Origin: a virus
Length of the DNA stretch: 64,000 bases
Strand: one strand, 5' to 3'
IMG/VR virus record: IMGVR_UViG_3300042549_008472
Span: 1-64,000 of that record
Every line of letters starts with the position of its first letter. Positions within the stretch are counted from its first letter, which is position 1. The position numbers and the translations under genes were made by a program. Positions 32,201 through 41,203 of the stretch are shown here, piece by piece. The notes beneath the pieces were generated by a model. It was not told where the DNA came from, ran no database searches, and worked only from the letters and a program-made list of their open reading frames with translations.

Positions 32201-34992
32201 TTTCCGCCAATAAAGTTATGAATAATTCCTCAGAGGTAAACTTTGAGAGAATGTCTAAACAAAAAGGTGGAGAAGTAGATGCTGTAATGCAATACTCTGA
32301 ACTATTACAAAAAGCATTTCAAGATGCCTATCAATATTTAGAAAAAGGAGAAAAACAAGATTTTGAAAATACAACTTCAATTACAATTCCTAATAAAGCT
32401 TTTGGAAATTATATTTTTGACAAAGTTAACGAAGCTAGAATAGACCCTAATTTTCTAATGTTAGAGGAGAACGAAGAAACGTTATTTAAGGTATTGGATG
32501 TAGTTAGAAGTCATGCCACAACAAGTGATAAAGATAAAATTGATAGAGCTAAGTTTCTAAGAGCTGATATTGTCAAAGGGAAATATAATAAAATCTCAAA
32601 ATCAATGGCTAACATCTTTAAGTCAGACTATGCTTCAATGACCGAGGAACAAGCAAGACAGCAAGCCAATAAAGAACTTATAGAATATGCCTACTCTAAA
32701 TTACTTCCCTACTTTAAAAAGACAGCACCAATTGGAGTAGATTTAATTTTAAGTCTGTTTGAAGCAGGAGAAATTACAGCTCAAGAGTTTATAGATAATT
32801 ATGAAAAAGGAGAAGGGGATTATAAATATTTAAATATAAGTCCTAACTACAACTTTCAAGAAGTTTCTAATCAGAACAACTTAAATCAGAAATTCAAGCT
32901 TAACAAAGAGTTTGACCTCCCACAGTTAAGAGTGTTTAATGAAGATGGTTCAATAAATAAGTTTGTAGATATGGAGTATGTTAATAAATATGGTATTGAC
33001 TTACAACAGTTACAATCGACAGGAGTTGAAGTGGCAACAAAAAATCTTAAGGACTTTGAAGCTAGAAAAGCACTACTTGATTTACAAAGGAATTCAATAG
33101 AAACGGCGGGAATGAAAGGTTCTCACGATATATATTTACTCCCACAACAAGAGATGACAAAAGCTCGAAAAGTACAAGAGTTTTTTAATAACAATAAAGG
33201 TAAAGGATTAAAAGGTATAGTTGAAGAATTCGTAAATTTTAGAGAGGACGATTCTGACCTAGGACAAACCATCGACGGTAAACCTATTATAAAAGGATTT
33301 GGAGCAAACACAGTCCCTAAATACGGTTTTAGAAGATTAAGAGAATCTCAACCAACAGATGAGCTTTTAATGTCTTATACTTGGATGAATCAGCAGGCTC
33401 ATTTAACCAGAGCCAGAATGGAGAATATCGGAGATATGTTAGCTTTGAAAGACACTATTTTAAAGGCGGATTTCGCAAATAAAGAAGCATCTAAAACTAA
33501 CACCTTTAAGATGTTTGAAGAAAATTTGAAGTATAACTACTATGGTATCAAAGAAACAGGTGCAAAGGAATTTCAGTTTATGGGTATCAAAGGAGATTGG
33601 GCTAAAGTAGCAAGAACTTTTGCAAATTGGATTAGTATTCGTAACTTAGGATTTAACGCCACCATTCCAATAACTTCCGCTTTGACAGCAAGTGCTCAAT
33701 TAAGAATTGAAACCTTAATTGGAGAGAGATTAGATAGAGGAGCTAAAGTAAAAGCTGATAGAGAATACAGCAAATTAGCTTCAGAAGCTATGGGAGAGAT
33801 TATGGGCATAAATTCAAAAGCTAAATTGAATGTAATAGGGGAGCTTTTAGGAATCTATAATAATGCAGAGAGATTGGAGAGTAGTAACTATGGTAAGACT
33901 ACAAGAGGTTTACTAAGGTCTTCTTTTATTTTACATGAGGCAGGAAACTTCCCAATTATCCCAAGAGTATTCCTAACAGTTTTATTTGACCATAAGTTTG
34001 TAGAAGATAGACTTATAGATTTTAGAACTTTTAAGATAGAAAATAAAGGTAGAAACGCAGGAGAACTTAGAAGAGAGTGGGACAGTTTTACCTCATTCTA
34101 TGAGATAATGGACGTAAAAGATGGGTTAGTCACTTTCAATGAACAGAAAGTAAGTGATTTAACGGGATTGTCAGAAGAAGAAACTAAGGAGTTTTTAAAA
34201 GACCGTTTAGTAGGACTTACTCAAAAGGTAGGATTAGCAGTTCAAGATATTGACCAAGCTATTTCACCTGAACAGAAAAGTTATGTGGCAAGACACGCAT
34301 TACTTTCATTTTTTGGAATCCACCGAAGTTGGTTATTTTTAGCGGCACAAAGAAAATTCAAATCAAAACACAGTTCTTTAGCATCAGGATTTTCAGAGGA
34401 GGGTTCTTGGATGACAGTTGCAAGAGTTATTGGGGATATCGCCGCCGACTATAAAAATGGAAAAGCACGAGAGTTTATAAAATATTTAAAAGAAAAATGG
34501 CAAAATGCAGATGATACTTCAAGAAGAAACTTAATTAGAGGAGCAACCGAAATAACAATATTAAACCTACTAGTTGGAATGACAGTTTTAGCTTTAAAGG
34601 AATTAGGAGACGACGACGAAGATTCTTACTTATTTAAATTGTCGAGTTTATTCCTTATGAGAACAACGAATGAAATATCTTCCGCAACAGTATCTCTTCC
34701 TAAGAGTATTTATGACACTTTGGAAAACACAATCGTAGGACTTAACAGTTTACAAGTAGTGACAGACGTTCTAGATGTAGGTTCTTCGGATTTAGTTGAG
34801 AGAGGTATTTATGCGGGCAAAACAGAAAGAGAAAGGTATTTTTTAAAACACTTGCCAATTTGGAAAGAGTATAATGCTTTGGGCTCAGGAATAGATGGAA
34901 CAATTAAAAACTACAACTATTTTAACTTCACAGAAGATGGAGGTAGTCTTAAATGGACTATAAAAAGTTTCCTAGAAGACGAAAAAGAATAA
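29245..34992 (+). CDS. Large cargo/polyvalent protein with degenerate zincin-like motif
   Basis: 1915 aa; MAC...KPSTLFKQI N-terminus; TLTEEVAHFIV motif; C-terminal hydrophobic helices. Confidence 0.55.
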   Translation: MACKVEFTKDGKIRGVLNSENKPSTLFKQIVSTPTITVEQAIDAFKNTVKKQVVVEQKAIEPNLTFETPQGEEFTTYKEALKNTKEGNIKLQVDGKTIAEVDSTVDLRTAEGTINSLIKEGLLSGERVLEPNGDLVYITEGQTEIKKAVNSVFIEDEAIKTFGQTRVKRLSNYNFIFDDLVNKRRIGDTTYTKQEVKEMSIEEVREKFPQEEADALTVEKIFIENYRAFGETKVLEEVQEYTPENELQLSLMDLLNKLGIKTTSITSYMEVFTAKNGVAPSARALADIAEKVIAFENGEITADTLTEEVAHFIVEAFDINEVENLLRNIHKTPQYTQYAETYREIYADEYSGAELENAVRREVLGKILAESLQANFEASQVKVEENFLNYLKNLVNKFFETVRAYFKPQYQKDLNKFQDQIFKNLLAGDLMDSLNPEQLEGNKFRLYNTDPKDRTALDLLGRRAERAELLLSSQLYQIQPKDAVQKQVLVKLREDIAKEEFIGAYAGIISMTQRQTKYLQRAAEKNKNKNYMFSAEEKIVYNSLIGEMSKLLGEVRTSLVDSTIIEPLKRDFMISELERVTKQIADLQGQVGNIESNAMQNIVDKMATRLGLADAQKVKLLADLQGNQKETNFLHTYFGQLIHAQNAYLNVAGEITAKTVTEARLGYLSNVKPFLNTLERLGIDTTQLKNLAKGSYIENIHNRTLLEEAENKEATRIYNSLAEPTDAVTEDEYKRKFSDGTLKPLDAISANEFSKQMRTWREENVSETMFTSEETKLRREKLQKYNPLTQSFERTMSSAYADIMKNAEVVNGVPLMTTEMKDDIEEQRKNRTEAKSIFDSGGNFRKGLTTISLEEFDEANTDHVKVGNLYIARNSDIENDGILAFELNQIDNEKLLTSKEKSTDRSVFSDSFKEMLSNMSNADAYDFVALNSYIGYTNEYYELTKSPETLIDKLRTAKEDKPEEADKIEAIIREIALYNAKINNILSANKVMNNSSEVNFERMSKQKGGEVDAVMQYSELLQKAFQDAYQYLEKGEKQDFENTTSITIPNKAFGNYIFDKVNEARIDPNFLMLEENEETLFKVLDVVRSHATTSDKDKIDRAKFLRADIVKGKYNKISKSMANIFKSDYASMTEEQARQQANKELIEYAYSKLLPYFKKTAPIGVDLILSLFEAGEITAQEFIDNYEKGEGDYKYLNISPNYNFQEVSNQNNLNQKFKLNKEFDLPQLRVFNEDGSINKFVDMEYVNKYGIDLQQLQSTGVEVATKNLKDFEARKALLDLQRNSIETAGMKGSHDIYLLPQQEMTKARKVQEFFNNNKGKGLKGIVEEFVNFREDDSDLGQTIDGKPIIKGFGANTVPKYGFRRLRESQPTDELLMSYTWMNQQAHLTRARMENIGDMLALKDTILKADFANKEASKTNTFKMFEENLKYNYYGIKETGAKEFQFMGIKGDWAKVARTFANWISIRNLGFNATIPITSALTASAQLRIETLIGERLDRGAKVKADREYSKLASEAMGEIMGINSKAKLNVIGELLGIYNNAERLESSNYGKTTRGLLRSSFILHEAGNFPIIPRVFLTVLFDHKFVEDRLIDFRTFKIENKGRNAGELRREWDSFTSFYEIMDVKDGLVTFNEQKVSDLTGLSEEETKEFLKDRLVGLTQKVGLAVQDIDQAISPEQKSYVARHALLSFFGIHRSWLFLAAQRKFKSKHSSLASGFSEEGSWMTVARVIGDIAADYKNGKAREFIKYLKEKWQNADDTSRRNLIRGATEITILNLLVGMTVLALKELGDDDEDSYLFKLSSLFLMRTTNEISSATVSLPKSIYDTLENTIVGLNSLQVVTDVLDVGSSDLVERGIYAGKTERERYFLKHLPIWKEYNALGSGIDGTIKNYNYFNFTEDGGSLKWTIKSFLEDEKE

Positions 34993-34998
34993 AACTTC

Positions 34999-35031
34999 AT
35001 CCCTCACCTTAAAAAAGTGGGGGATTTTTTT
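34999..35031 (+). terminator. Intrinsic terminator ending the structural module
   Basis: ATCCCTCAC/GTGGGGGAT stem plus T tract. Confidence 0.8.
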
Positions 35032-35059
35032 GCGTATTAAATAAATAGTTGTATATTTG
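35029..35059 (+). promoter_or_regulatory. Bacteroidetes promoter
   Basis: TTTG-N19-TATATTTG. Confidence 0.7.
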
Positions 35060-35089
35060 TCAAACAAATAAAATTTAAAGCAATAGCAC

Positions 35090-35437
35090 ATGGAAGGAAC
35101 AATAATCAAACAAGGTAACAGACAGTTCGTAAGAGTAAAATTTTCAATAGATGAAGACGACATTCATTTCAAAAATTACCCAACCCCAACAACAGAACAT
35201 CAGTTTGATGAGGGTGACGAAGTAGAATTTGAAGTAGAAGAAGAAAGTTATGTTTATGATGATGGTTCGGAAGAAAAAATTAAGTGGGCAATAAATGTAA
35301 CTCTAAAGTTTACACCACCTTTCAAAGTAGAGGGAAAATTAGTCTTAGATTCTAAAGGAGTAGAAGTTGCTAAACTGAAAGCAGAGGAGTCTGCCATAGC
35401 CTATGCTACATTTCTTAACGATATTTGCGAAATATAA
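35090..35437 (+). CDS. Hypothetical protein (possible OB/cold-shock-like fold)
   Basis: EGDEVEFEVEE...WAINV resembles a CSD-like C-terminus. Confidence 0.4.
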   Translation: MEGTIIKQGNRQFVRVKFSIDEDDIHFKNYPTPTTEHQFDEGDEVEFEVEEESYVYDDGSEEKIKWAINVTLKFTPPFKVEGKLVLDSKGVEVAKLKAEESAIAYATFLNDICEI

Positions 35438-35460
35438 CTATTAAAATAGCGGGAAAAAGA

Positions 35461-35781
35461 ATGAAACACAAGAAAGTGTTAAAATTAACAGAAGAAATAT
35501 CCAACAGTAACCCAATAATGTATGATATATTTCTAAGAGGCTCTTGTTGCAACTTCCACTATATATTAAAAACAGTGTTTCCAAAAGCAAAAGCCTATTT
35601 TAATTTAGAGCACATAATAACAAAAATAGAGGGTAAATACTATGACATCACAGGAGAAGTTTCCTCAGAAGGGTATATTCCAATTGAAGAAATGTATGTT
35701 GGTAAATATAAAGACGATGAAAGTATAAAAGCAGGAGAAATGTATAATCCCAATTTAAAAACGAGATATGAGAGTACTTAA
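35461..35781 (+). CDS. Conserved phage hypothetical protein
   Basis: GSCCNFHYILK...HIITKIEGKYYDITG motif; ATG 35461 preferred over TTG 35425. Confidence 0.55.
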   Translation: MKHKKVLKLTEEISNSNPIMYDIFLRGSCCNFHYILKTVFPKAKAYFNLEHIITKIEGKYYDITGEVSSEGYIPIEEMYVGKYKDDESIKAGEMYNPNLKTRYEST

Positions 35782-36052
35782 AATAAATAGTTTAAAATCA
35801 GTAAAAGAACAACCTTGGTGTGACCGCGACTACTTACTTTTCCACGCTTGTTTCCAAATATTAGTTGATTGGGTAGAACAAGAAGAGGGAATAGAAAATT
35901 GGAGATTTGAAGAATATCAAACACCTATAAACACTTTAAAAAGTTTATATGATTGGTGGAAATCTTTGGATGAAGAATACGATTTAGCAGAAGATTCAGC
36001 TCAAGAAAAATTAGAACAATTAGTTAAGTTAAGAAGGTATCTGTGGACTTAA
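35768..36052 (+). CDS. Conserved phage hypothetical protein
   Basis: WCDRDYLLFHACFQILVDWVEQE...RRYLWT. Confidence 0.55.
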   Translation: MRVLKINSLKSVKEQPWCDRDYLLFHACFQILVDWVEQEEGIENWRFEEYQTPINTLKSLYDWWKSLDEEYDLAEDSAQEKLEQLVKLRRYLWT

Positions 36053-36075
36053 TTTCGCGGAAAAATAAATAAAAG

Positions 36076-36276
36076 ATGGACAGAAAATTAGAAAGAACAG
36101 TAGACGAAATTAGATGGGGAATTGATGCACTAGTAGCAGAAATAGAAGCATTAGAAAGTCAAGTAAGTGAACTACAAGATTTAGTTGAAAAACAGCAAGA
36201 ACAAATTGAAAGTTTAGAGGAAGAATATTCTAAATTAGCGGATAAATTGGAGACTTTAACAGAACAGATAAAATGA
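36076..36276 (+). CDS. Small coiled-coil protein
   Basis: Heptad repeats. Confidence 0.5.
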   Translation: MDRKLERTVDEIRWGIDALVAEIEALESQVSELQDLVEKQQEQIESLEEEYSKLADKLETLTEQIK

Positions 36277-36614
36277 CAGACCTAAAAAGATTACATGATG
36301 TACATTACAGCTACCCATACACAGTAAGAAGACAAGGTAAAACATACTATTGCTTTGACAAACTATTAAGGATAGCTCAACTAGGAGAAGTTAAAGAGCA
36401 AGTTTATGTAACTAATACACAACAAGCCACAGCTAGAGCACACAAAGATTTTATAAGGTTTTTGTTTGATGCTGATGAAGGTTTTAGCTCCGACATTAGA
36501 GATTTAACAGTTTCTATAGGAGATTGTAAAATTAAATTCATATCTTTGGCGGGGAAAGAAAAATTAAAAGGAAGCTATGACGCTATAGTAGAAGATGTAT
36601 ACGAAGACAGATGA
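36273..36614 (+). CDS. Hypothetical protein with P-loop-like RRQGKT
   Basis: ORF in operon context; ATGA overlap. Confidence 0.45.
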   Translation: MTDLKRLHDVHYSYPYTVRRQGKTYYCFDKLLRIAQLGEVKEQVYVTNTQQATARAHKDFIRFLFDADEGFSSDIRDLTVSIGDCKIKFISLAGKEKLKGSYDAIVEDVYEDR

Positions 36615-36670
36615 AACTTTTAAAGTTTTGTAGATATAGCGAGAGAAAAAAAATAAAAAGGTTTAAATAA

Positions 36671-36997
36671 ATGAAAGAATATATATTATGTGCCGCCGTT
36701 TGGTATAAAGAGTTTCCACATATAAAAAATCAAGATATACCGTTAAAATCATTCTTACCGAATAATTTAAGTAGTGGTGTTGTATTCTGTGGGCATCGTC
36801 ACGGACAATGTATTTACTCAAAATGTGCAGTTACAGGATTAAGAGACGCAGAGAGTGGAGAACACGTTCAAGGATTTCTAACAAACTTAAATCGTTTTGT
36901 AAATAGGCAAGAAGCTTGGGACATAGCTAAAGAAGTTAATCAAATAATTCGAGTTAGTGGTGGTGAGGGTACATTATATTCAGAGGACTTGTATTAA
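36671..36997 (+). CDS. Conserved phage hypothetical protein
   Basis: CGHRH...QGFLTNLNRFVNRQEA...LYSEDLY. Confidence 0.6.
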   Translation: MKEYILCAAVWYKEFPHIKNQDIPLKSFLPNNLSSGVVFCGHRHGQCIYSKCAVTGLRDAESGEHVQGFLTNLNRFVNRQEAWDIAKEVNQIIRVSGGEGTLYSEDLY

Positions 36998-37023
36998 AAA
37001 TTCGCCGCAAAAAACAGTAAAAA

Positions 37024-37209
37024 ATGAGATATATTCACTACAAAAACGGAAAAATATATAAAACAATAAAAAATTGTTTTGACGAGGAACGAGTCTTTAT
37101 CCAAGAAAACCAAGAGTGGAAAGAGGGAATAATCTACACAGAAGAAGGTGGAGATAAGTTGTTTGTTAGAAGTTTGGAAGAATTTAATTTGAAATTTAGG
37201 GAGGTATGA
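37024..37209 (+). CDS. DUF1653-like protein
   Basis: YIHYKNGKIY...LFVRSLEEF. Confidence 0.6.
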   Translation: MRYIHYKNGKIYKTIKNCFDEERVFIQENQEWKEGIIYTEEGGDKLFVRSLEEFNLKFREV

Positions 37210-39221
37210 ATTTAGATAATGTGTATGTAGCTGATTGTGAGACAGATGGGCTTTATGAAACTGTATCAAAAATGCACGTTTTTTCTATTGGTTGGAAATC
37301 CGAGGGGCAATGGCAAATAAAGTCAACTAATAAAAAAGAAGATGTAGAAAAAGTACTATGTAACCCTAAGAACGTAATCGTGATGCACAATGGCAGACGC
37401 TACGACAAACCTGTTTTAGAGAAGATTTTTGGCTTTACTGTTACTGCAACTATAATAGACTCTTTAGCATTAGCTTGGTGGTTATACCCAAACCGTTCAA
37501 AAGAGGGTAAAAAATTCGGACTTGCTTATTTTGGTGAAGACTATGGAGTCCCAAAACCTATTCTAGAAGATTGGGAAAATCAGCCCTACGAAGTTTATGT
37601 TAACAGATGTGAAGTTGATACTCGCATTAATATACTGTTATGGGAAGATTTAAAGGCTAAACTAGACTTAATGTATCAAGACAATGAACAAGATAAAATA
37701 AGGCTTATAAACCTTTTAAATTGGGTCATGGACTGTTCTTTTATGCAGGAATTGCAGAAGATAAAAGTTGACGTTAAAAAAACAAAGGAAAACCTTTCTT
37801 ATTTTGAATCCCTAAAAGAGGAGAAAATCCAACAGTTAAAGCAGGCAATGCCTAAAATACCTGTAAAGGTTAAGAGAACAAAGCCAAAAAATATGTTCAA
37901 AAAAGATTTGTCTTTATCTGTTGCAGGTGAGAAATGGATGACCTTGATTAGAGGGTGTAATTTAGAAGAAGATTATGGAGGCGAAATAGAAGAAATTATT
38001 TCATGGGAAGAGCCAAATCCTAACTCTGTAAAGCAAAAAAAAGATTGGTTATATAGTCTTGGATGGAATCCTCAAACATTCAAACACAACAGAGATAAAG
38101 CTACAAATGAAGTAAACATAGTGGAACAAATAATGACTGAAGAAAAAATGCTTTGTCCAAGTGTTTTAAAATTAGTTGAAAAAGAACCTGCTATTGAAGC
38201 TTTTGATGGTCTCACTGTTTTAACACATAGAATTGGACTGCTAAAGGGTTTTCTATCCAATATGGACGAAAATGAGATGATTGCTCAAGGACTGATGGGC
38301 TTAGCCGTTTCAATGAGATGGATGCATTCCAAAATTGTAAACCTTCCGCGTTATACAGGTAAAGGAGATATTAGAGACGGTAAATGGATTAGAGAGTGCC
38401 TTGTAGCGGGAGAAGGAAAGAAGATTGTACAAAGTGACCTTTCTGGAATTGAAAGTCGAACTTCAGACCATTATACGTTTTTTATCAATCCAGATAGAAT
38501 TAAAAAGACACAGATGCCTTATTTTGACCCACATTGCGAAATATCTGTTCAGAGTAATCTAATGACACCTGATGAGGAAGTTTTTTACATTTTTAAATCA
38601 GCAGTAAAAGACAATCCAGAGTTAAATATAGATACATTTAGTGAACTGTATAAACCGACAGAAGAAGTTAAAAGAATGTTGTCATTACCTATTGAGGAAC
38701 AATATAGTTTAATGAAAAAACTAAAAAACGTTAGGACAAAAGGAAAAACTACGAATTATAGCTCACTTTACCTTGTTGGAGCTGAGACACTTAGCAGAGC
38801 TTTAGAGATTACTAAAAAAGAAAGTCAAAAACTTATAGACTCTTATTGGCAAATTCATTACGCAGTCAAAAAAGCAACTGAGTCTTTTGAAACTAAAACA
38901 GTTGGTGATGAAACATGGGTTTATAATCCTATATCAAGATTTTTTTATTATTGTAGAAACACTAAAGACTTATTCAGCATCGTAAACCAGTCTAGTGCAG
39001 TTTACTGTTTCAATATGTGGGTTTGGAATTGTACACAAATGGGTATCTACCCTGTAACACAAAGCCATGACGATTCCGCTTATGTAGTTGATGAGCAATA
39101 TGTTGAAAAAACTAAGTCAATAATTACAGAGGCTATGAGGAGAGTAAATAAACAACTACAGTTAAATGTAGAATTAGCTTGTGAGACTCAGGTAGGAAGT
39201 AATATAGCGGAAACGCATTAG
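37206..39221 (+). CDS. polA: Family A (T7-like) DNA polymerase with 3'-5' exonuclease
   Basis: ExoI DCETDG, ExoII HNGRRYD, motif A DLSGIESR, motif B KTTNYSSLY, motif C SHDD. Confidence 0.92.
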   Translation: MNLDNVYVADCETDGLYETVSKMHVFSIGWKSEGQWQIKSTNKKEDVEKVLCNPKNVIVMHNGRRYDKPVLEKIFGFTVTATIIDSLALAWWLYPNRSKEGKKFGLAYFGEDYGVPKPILEDWENQPYEVYVNRCEVDTRINILLWEDLKAKLDLMYQDNEQDKIRLINLLNWVMDCSFMQELQKIKVDVKKTKENLSYFESLKEEKIQQLKQAMPKIPVKVKRTKPKNMFKKDLSLSVAGEKWMTLIRGCNLEEDYGGEIEEIISWEEPNPNSVKQKKDWLYSLGWNPQTFKHNRDKATNEVNIVEQIMTEEKMLCPSVLKLVEKEPAIEAFDGLTVLTHRIGLLKGFLSNMDENEMIAQGLMGLAVSMRWMHSKIVNLPRYTGKGDIRDGKWIRECLVAGEGKKIVQSDLSGIESRTSDHYTFFINPDRIKKTQMPYFDPHCEISVQSNLMTPDEEVFYIFKSAVKDNPELNIDTFSELYKPTEEVKRMLSLPIEEQYSLMKKLKNVRTKGKTTNYSSLYLVGAETLSRALEITKKESQKLIDSYWQIHYAVKKATESFETKTVGDETWVYNPISRFFYYCRNTKDLFSIVNQSSAVYCFNMWVWNCTQMGIYPVTQSHDDSAYVVDEQYVEKTKSIITEAMRRVNKQLQLNVELACETQVGSNIAETH

Positions 39222-39242
39222 ATGTTAAAGTTTTAACAAAGA

Positions 39243-39274
39243 TTTGCACAGTTAAAAATTATTTTGTAGATTTG
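39243..39274 (+). promoter_or_regulatory. Bacteroidetes promoter of the HNH gene and its leader
   Basis: TTTG-N20-TAGATTTG. Confidence 0.7.
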
Positions 39275-39277
39275 CTT

Positions 39278-39382
39278 TGTAATTATTTTGTGCGAGATTT
39301 GATTACATTTAAAACACTAAAAAATATAATGCTGAAAGTTTGTTTGATGATACTCGCACTATCGGATAACAAACTTTTCGGC
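39278..39382 (+). ncRNA. Candidate kissing-loop RNA leader, copy 1
   Basis: Hairpin TGTAATTA/TGATTACA with GTGCGAG in the loop; second long hairpin with 7-nt loop CTCGCAC. Confidence 0.7.
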
Positions 39383-39398
39383 GTTTATAAGATAAAAT

Positions 39399-40337
39399 AT
39401 GTATAAAATTTGGACTGAATACGAAATTAACTTTTTAATTGAACACTACCCTTATAATGGTGTGAATTATTGTGCTAAAGAGCTAAATAGAAGTTATAGT
39501 TCTATAAGTAGAAAAGCACAGAAACTTCAAATAAATGTAAATGGACAAGTATGTAATATGTTAAAAAAAGAAGGAATTTCAAAATCTAATAAACCTAGAA
39601 GAAAAGATAGAGTAGGTAAAAAATTTATAACTTATCAAGGTTATGAAATTGAGATTATTGAATATTTCGGAGCACGAAATTGTACCATTAGATTTAATGA
39701 TAAAAATAACACTGTTAAATATAACGTAGCGGTAAAAGAAATACAAACAGGAAGTATTAAAAACTGCAATCATCCAGAAGTATTGGGTGTAGGGTATATT
39801 GGGATAGGTGACCATACTGCAAGGGTTGATGGTAAAATGACAAAATGTTATAACACATGGTTCAACATGCTAAGTAGATGTTATCAAAGTACAAATAATA
39901 GAAACTATAGTTATTGTGATGTAGAGGTTTGCGAAGAATGGCATAATTTTCAAAATTTTGCCGAATGGTTTTATGACAATTTTAAGAATAACGGTTGGTT
40001 TTTAGACAAAGATATTCTATGTCCAACTTGTAAAATTTACAGCCCTGAGACTTGCTGTTTTGTACCTAATGAGGTGAATGTACTATTTAGTAAAAATAAT
40101 ATAAGTACGTATAATTTACCAAGGGGAGTCTATCCTAAAGATGGTAAATATGAGTCTGCTATTAGTAAATTTGGTAAACAGTATTACTTGGGATTTTTTA
40201 ATACTATCGAAGAAGCACAACATACTTACAATACAGCTAAAAAAGAGTATATACAAGAAGTCAGTGATAAGTGGAGAGGTATATTAGCCGATAACATCTG
40301 TAATGCCATAAGAGATTTTGATATTAGTTTACTATAA
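39399..40337 (+). CDS. Free-standing HNH-type homing endonuclease with N-terminal HTH and C-terminal AP2-like domain
   Basis: YNTWFNMLSRCY, VCEEWHNFQNFAEWF, LDKDIL, YSPETCCFVP, LPRGV...YLGFFNTIEEA. Confidence 0.85.
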   Translation: MYKIWTEYEINFLIEHYPYNGVNYCAKELNRSYSSISRKAQKLQINVNGQVCNMLKKEGISKSNKPRRKDRVGKKFITYQGYEIEIIEYFGARNCTIRFNDKNNTVKYNVAVKEIQTGSIKNCNHPEVLGVGYIGIGDHTARVDGKMTKCYNTWFNMLSRCYQSTNNRNYSYCDVEVCEEWHNFQNFAEWFYDNFKNNGWFLDKDILCPTCKIYSPETCCFVPNEVNVLFSKNNISTYNLPRGVYPKDGKYESAISKFGKQYYLGFFNTIEEAQHTYNTAKKEYIQEVSDKWRGILADNICNAIRDFDISLL

Positions 40338-40362
40338 CTTTCAAACTTTAACATAACTCTCC

Positions 40363-40393
40363 TTGCACATCAATAAAATATGTTTTATATTTG
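40363..40393 (+). promoter_or_regulatory. Bacteroidetes promoter
   Basis: TTG-N20-TATATTTG. Confidence 0.7.
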
Positions 40394-40444
40394 CAACATA
40401 ATCTGCTGTTTTATTCTTTTTCGCGGCAAAAAACAAATAAAAAT

Positions 40445-40750
40445 ATGACAAACAACTTACTAAAATACAATTCAATTGAAGAGTTATTAGATGCGATGAC
40501 TACCGAAAAATCAACAGGAAAGAAACTAATTTTCTCTGATATAGGAAGTGATGAAGAGGGGTATAGAGATTTTAGGAGTAGATTTGAATCTTTTAAGGAA
40601 GTAATTGAAAGAGATTTACCTGAATTAACTAAAGATGAGATTATAAAATTTAACAGACATTATCACAGTTTTAGAGAGATTTATAAGTGGAGCGGATTTG
40701 ACGTTTTATTGAGAGTCTTGGAGTGGGAACAATTAAAAAATAAGAAATAA
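40445..40750 (+). CDS. Hypothetical protein
   Basis: Start moved to ATG 40445 because the track's TTG lies inside the promoter. Confidence 0.5.
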   Translation: MTNNLLKYNSIEELLDAMTTEKSTGKKLIFSDIGSDEEGYRDFRSRFESFKEVIERDLPELTKDEIIKFNRHYHSFREIYKWSGFDVLLRVLEWEQLKNKK

Positions 40751-41175
40751 TGTTAGGAAAAGCAATTGCATTAGCATCAAAAGCGTTTGAGAACACAAAA
40801 GATAAAGGTGGACAACCTTATATACTTCATTGTTTAAGAGTTATGCATAATTTGCATACAGATGATGAGGAACTTAAAATCATAGCAATTTTGCACGATT
40901 TACTAGAGGATTGTAAACAGTTCACTCTCAGAGAACTACAAGATTTAGGATATTCAAGACGTATTCTAAAAGCTTTAGATTTACTCAACCACGACAGAAA
41001 TGTTCCTTATGATGACTATATCAAAGCTATCTCTTTTAATGCTGATGCTACAAAAGTTAAATTAGCAGATTTAAAAGATAATTCTGATATTACTCGTCTT
41101 AAAGGACTGACTAAAAAAGATTTTGATAGGATGGAAAAATACCATAGAAGTTTTATTTATTTAAGTAGAATTTAA
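40750..41175 (+). CDS. HD-domain hydrolase (RelA/SpoT-HD/Mesh1-like)
   Basis: DKGGQPYILHCLRV, AILHDLLED, VKLADLKDNSD. Confidence 0.85.
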   Translation: MLGKAIALASKAFENTKDKGGQPYILHCLRVMHNLHTDDEELKIIAILHDLLEDCKQFTLRELQDLGYSRRILKALDLLNHDRNVPYDDYIKAISFNADATKVKLADLKDNSDITRLKGLTKKDFDRMEKYHRSFIYLSRI

Positions 41176-41203
41176 CAGTAAATAATCAATACCTTTACAA
41201 AAA

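Noticed and set aside
36273-36614. Terminase large subunit (RRQGKT)
   Set aside because: Only 113 aa, with no nuclease domain
39222-40337. Group I intron in the DNA polymerase gene
   Set aside because: The polymerase is complete and the HNH lies downstream with its own promoter; no intron core was seen
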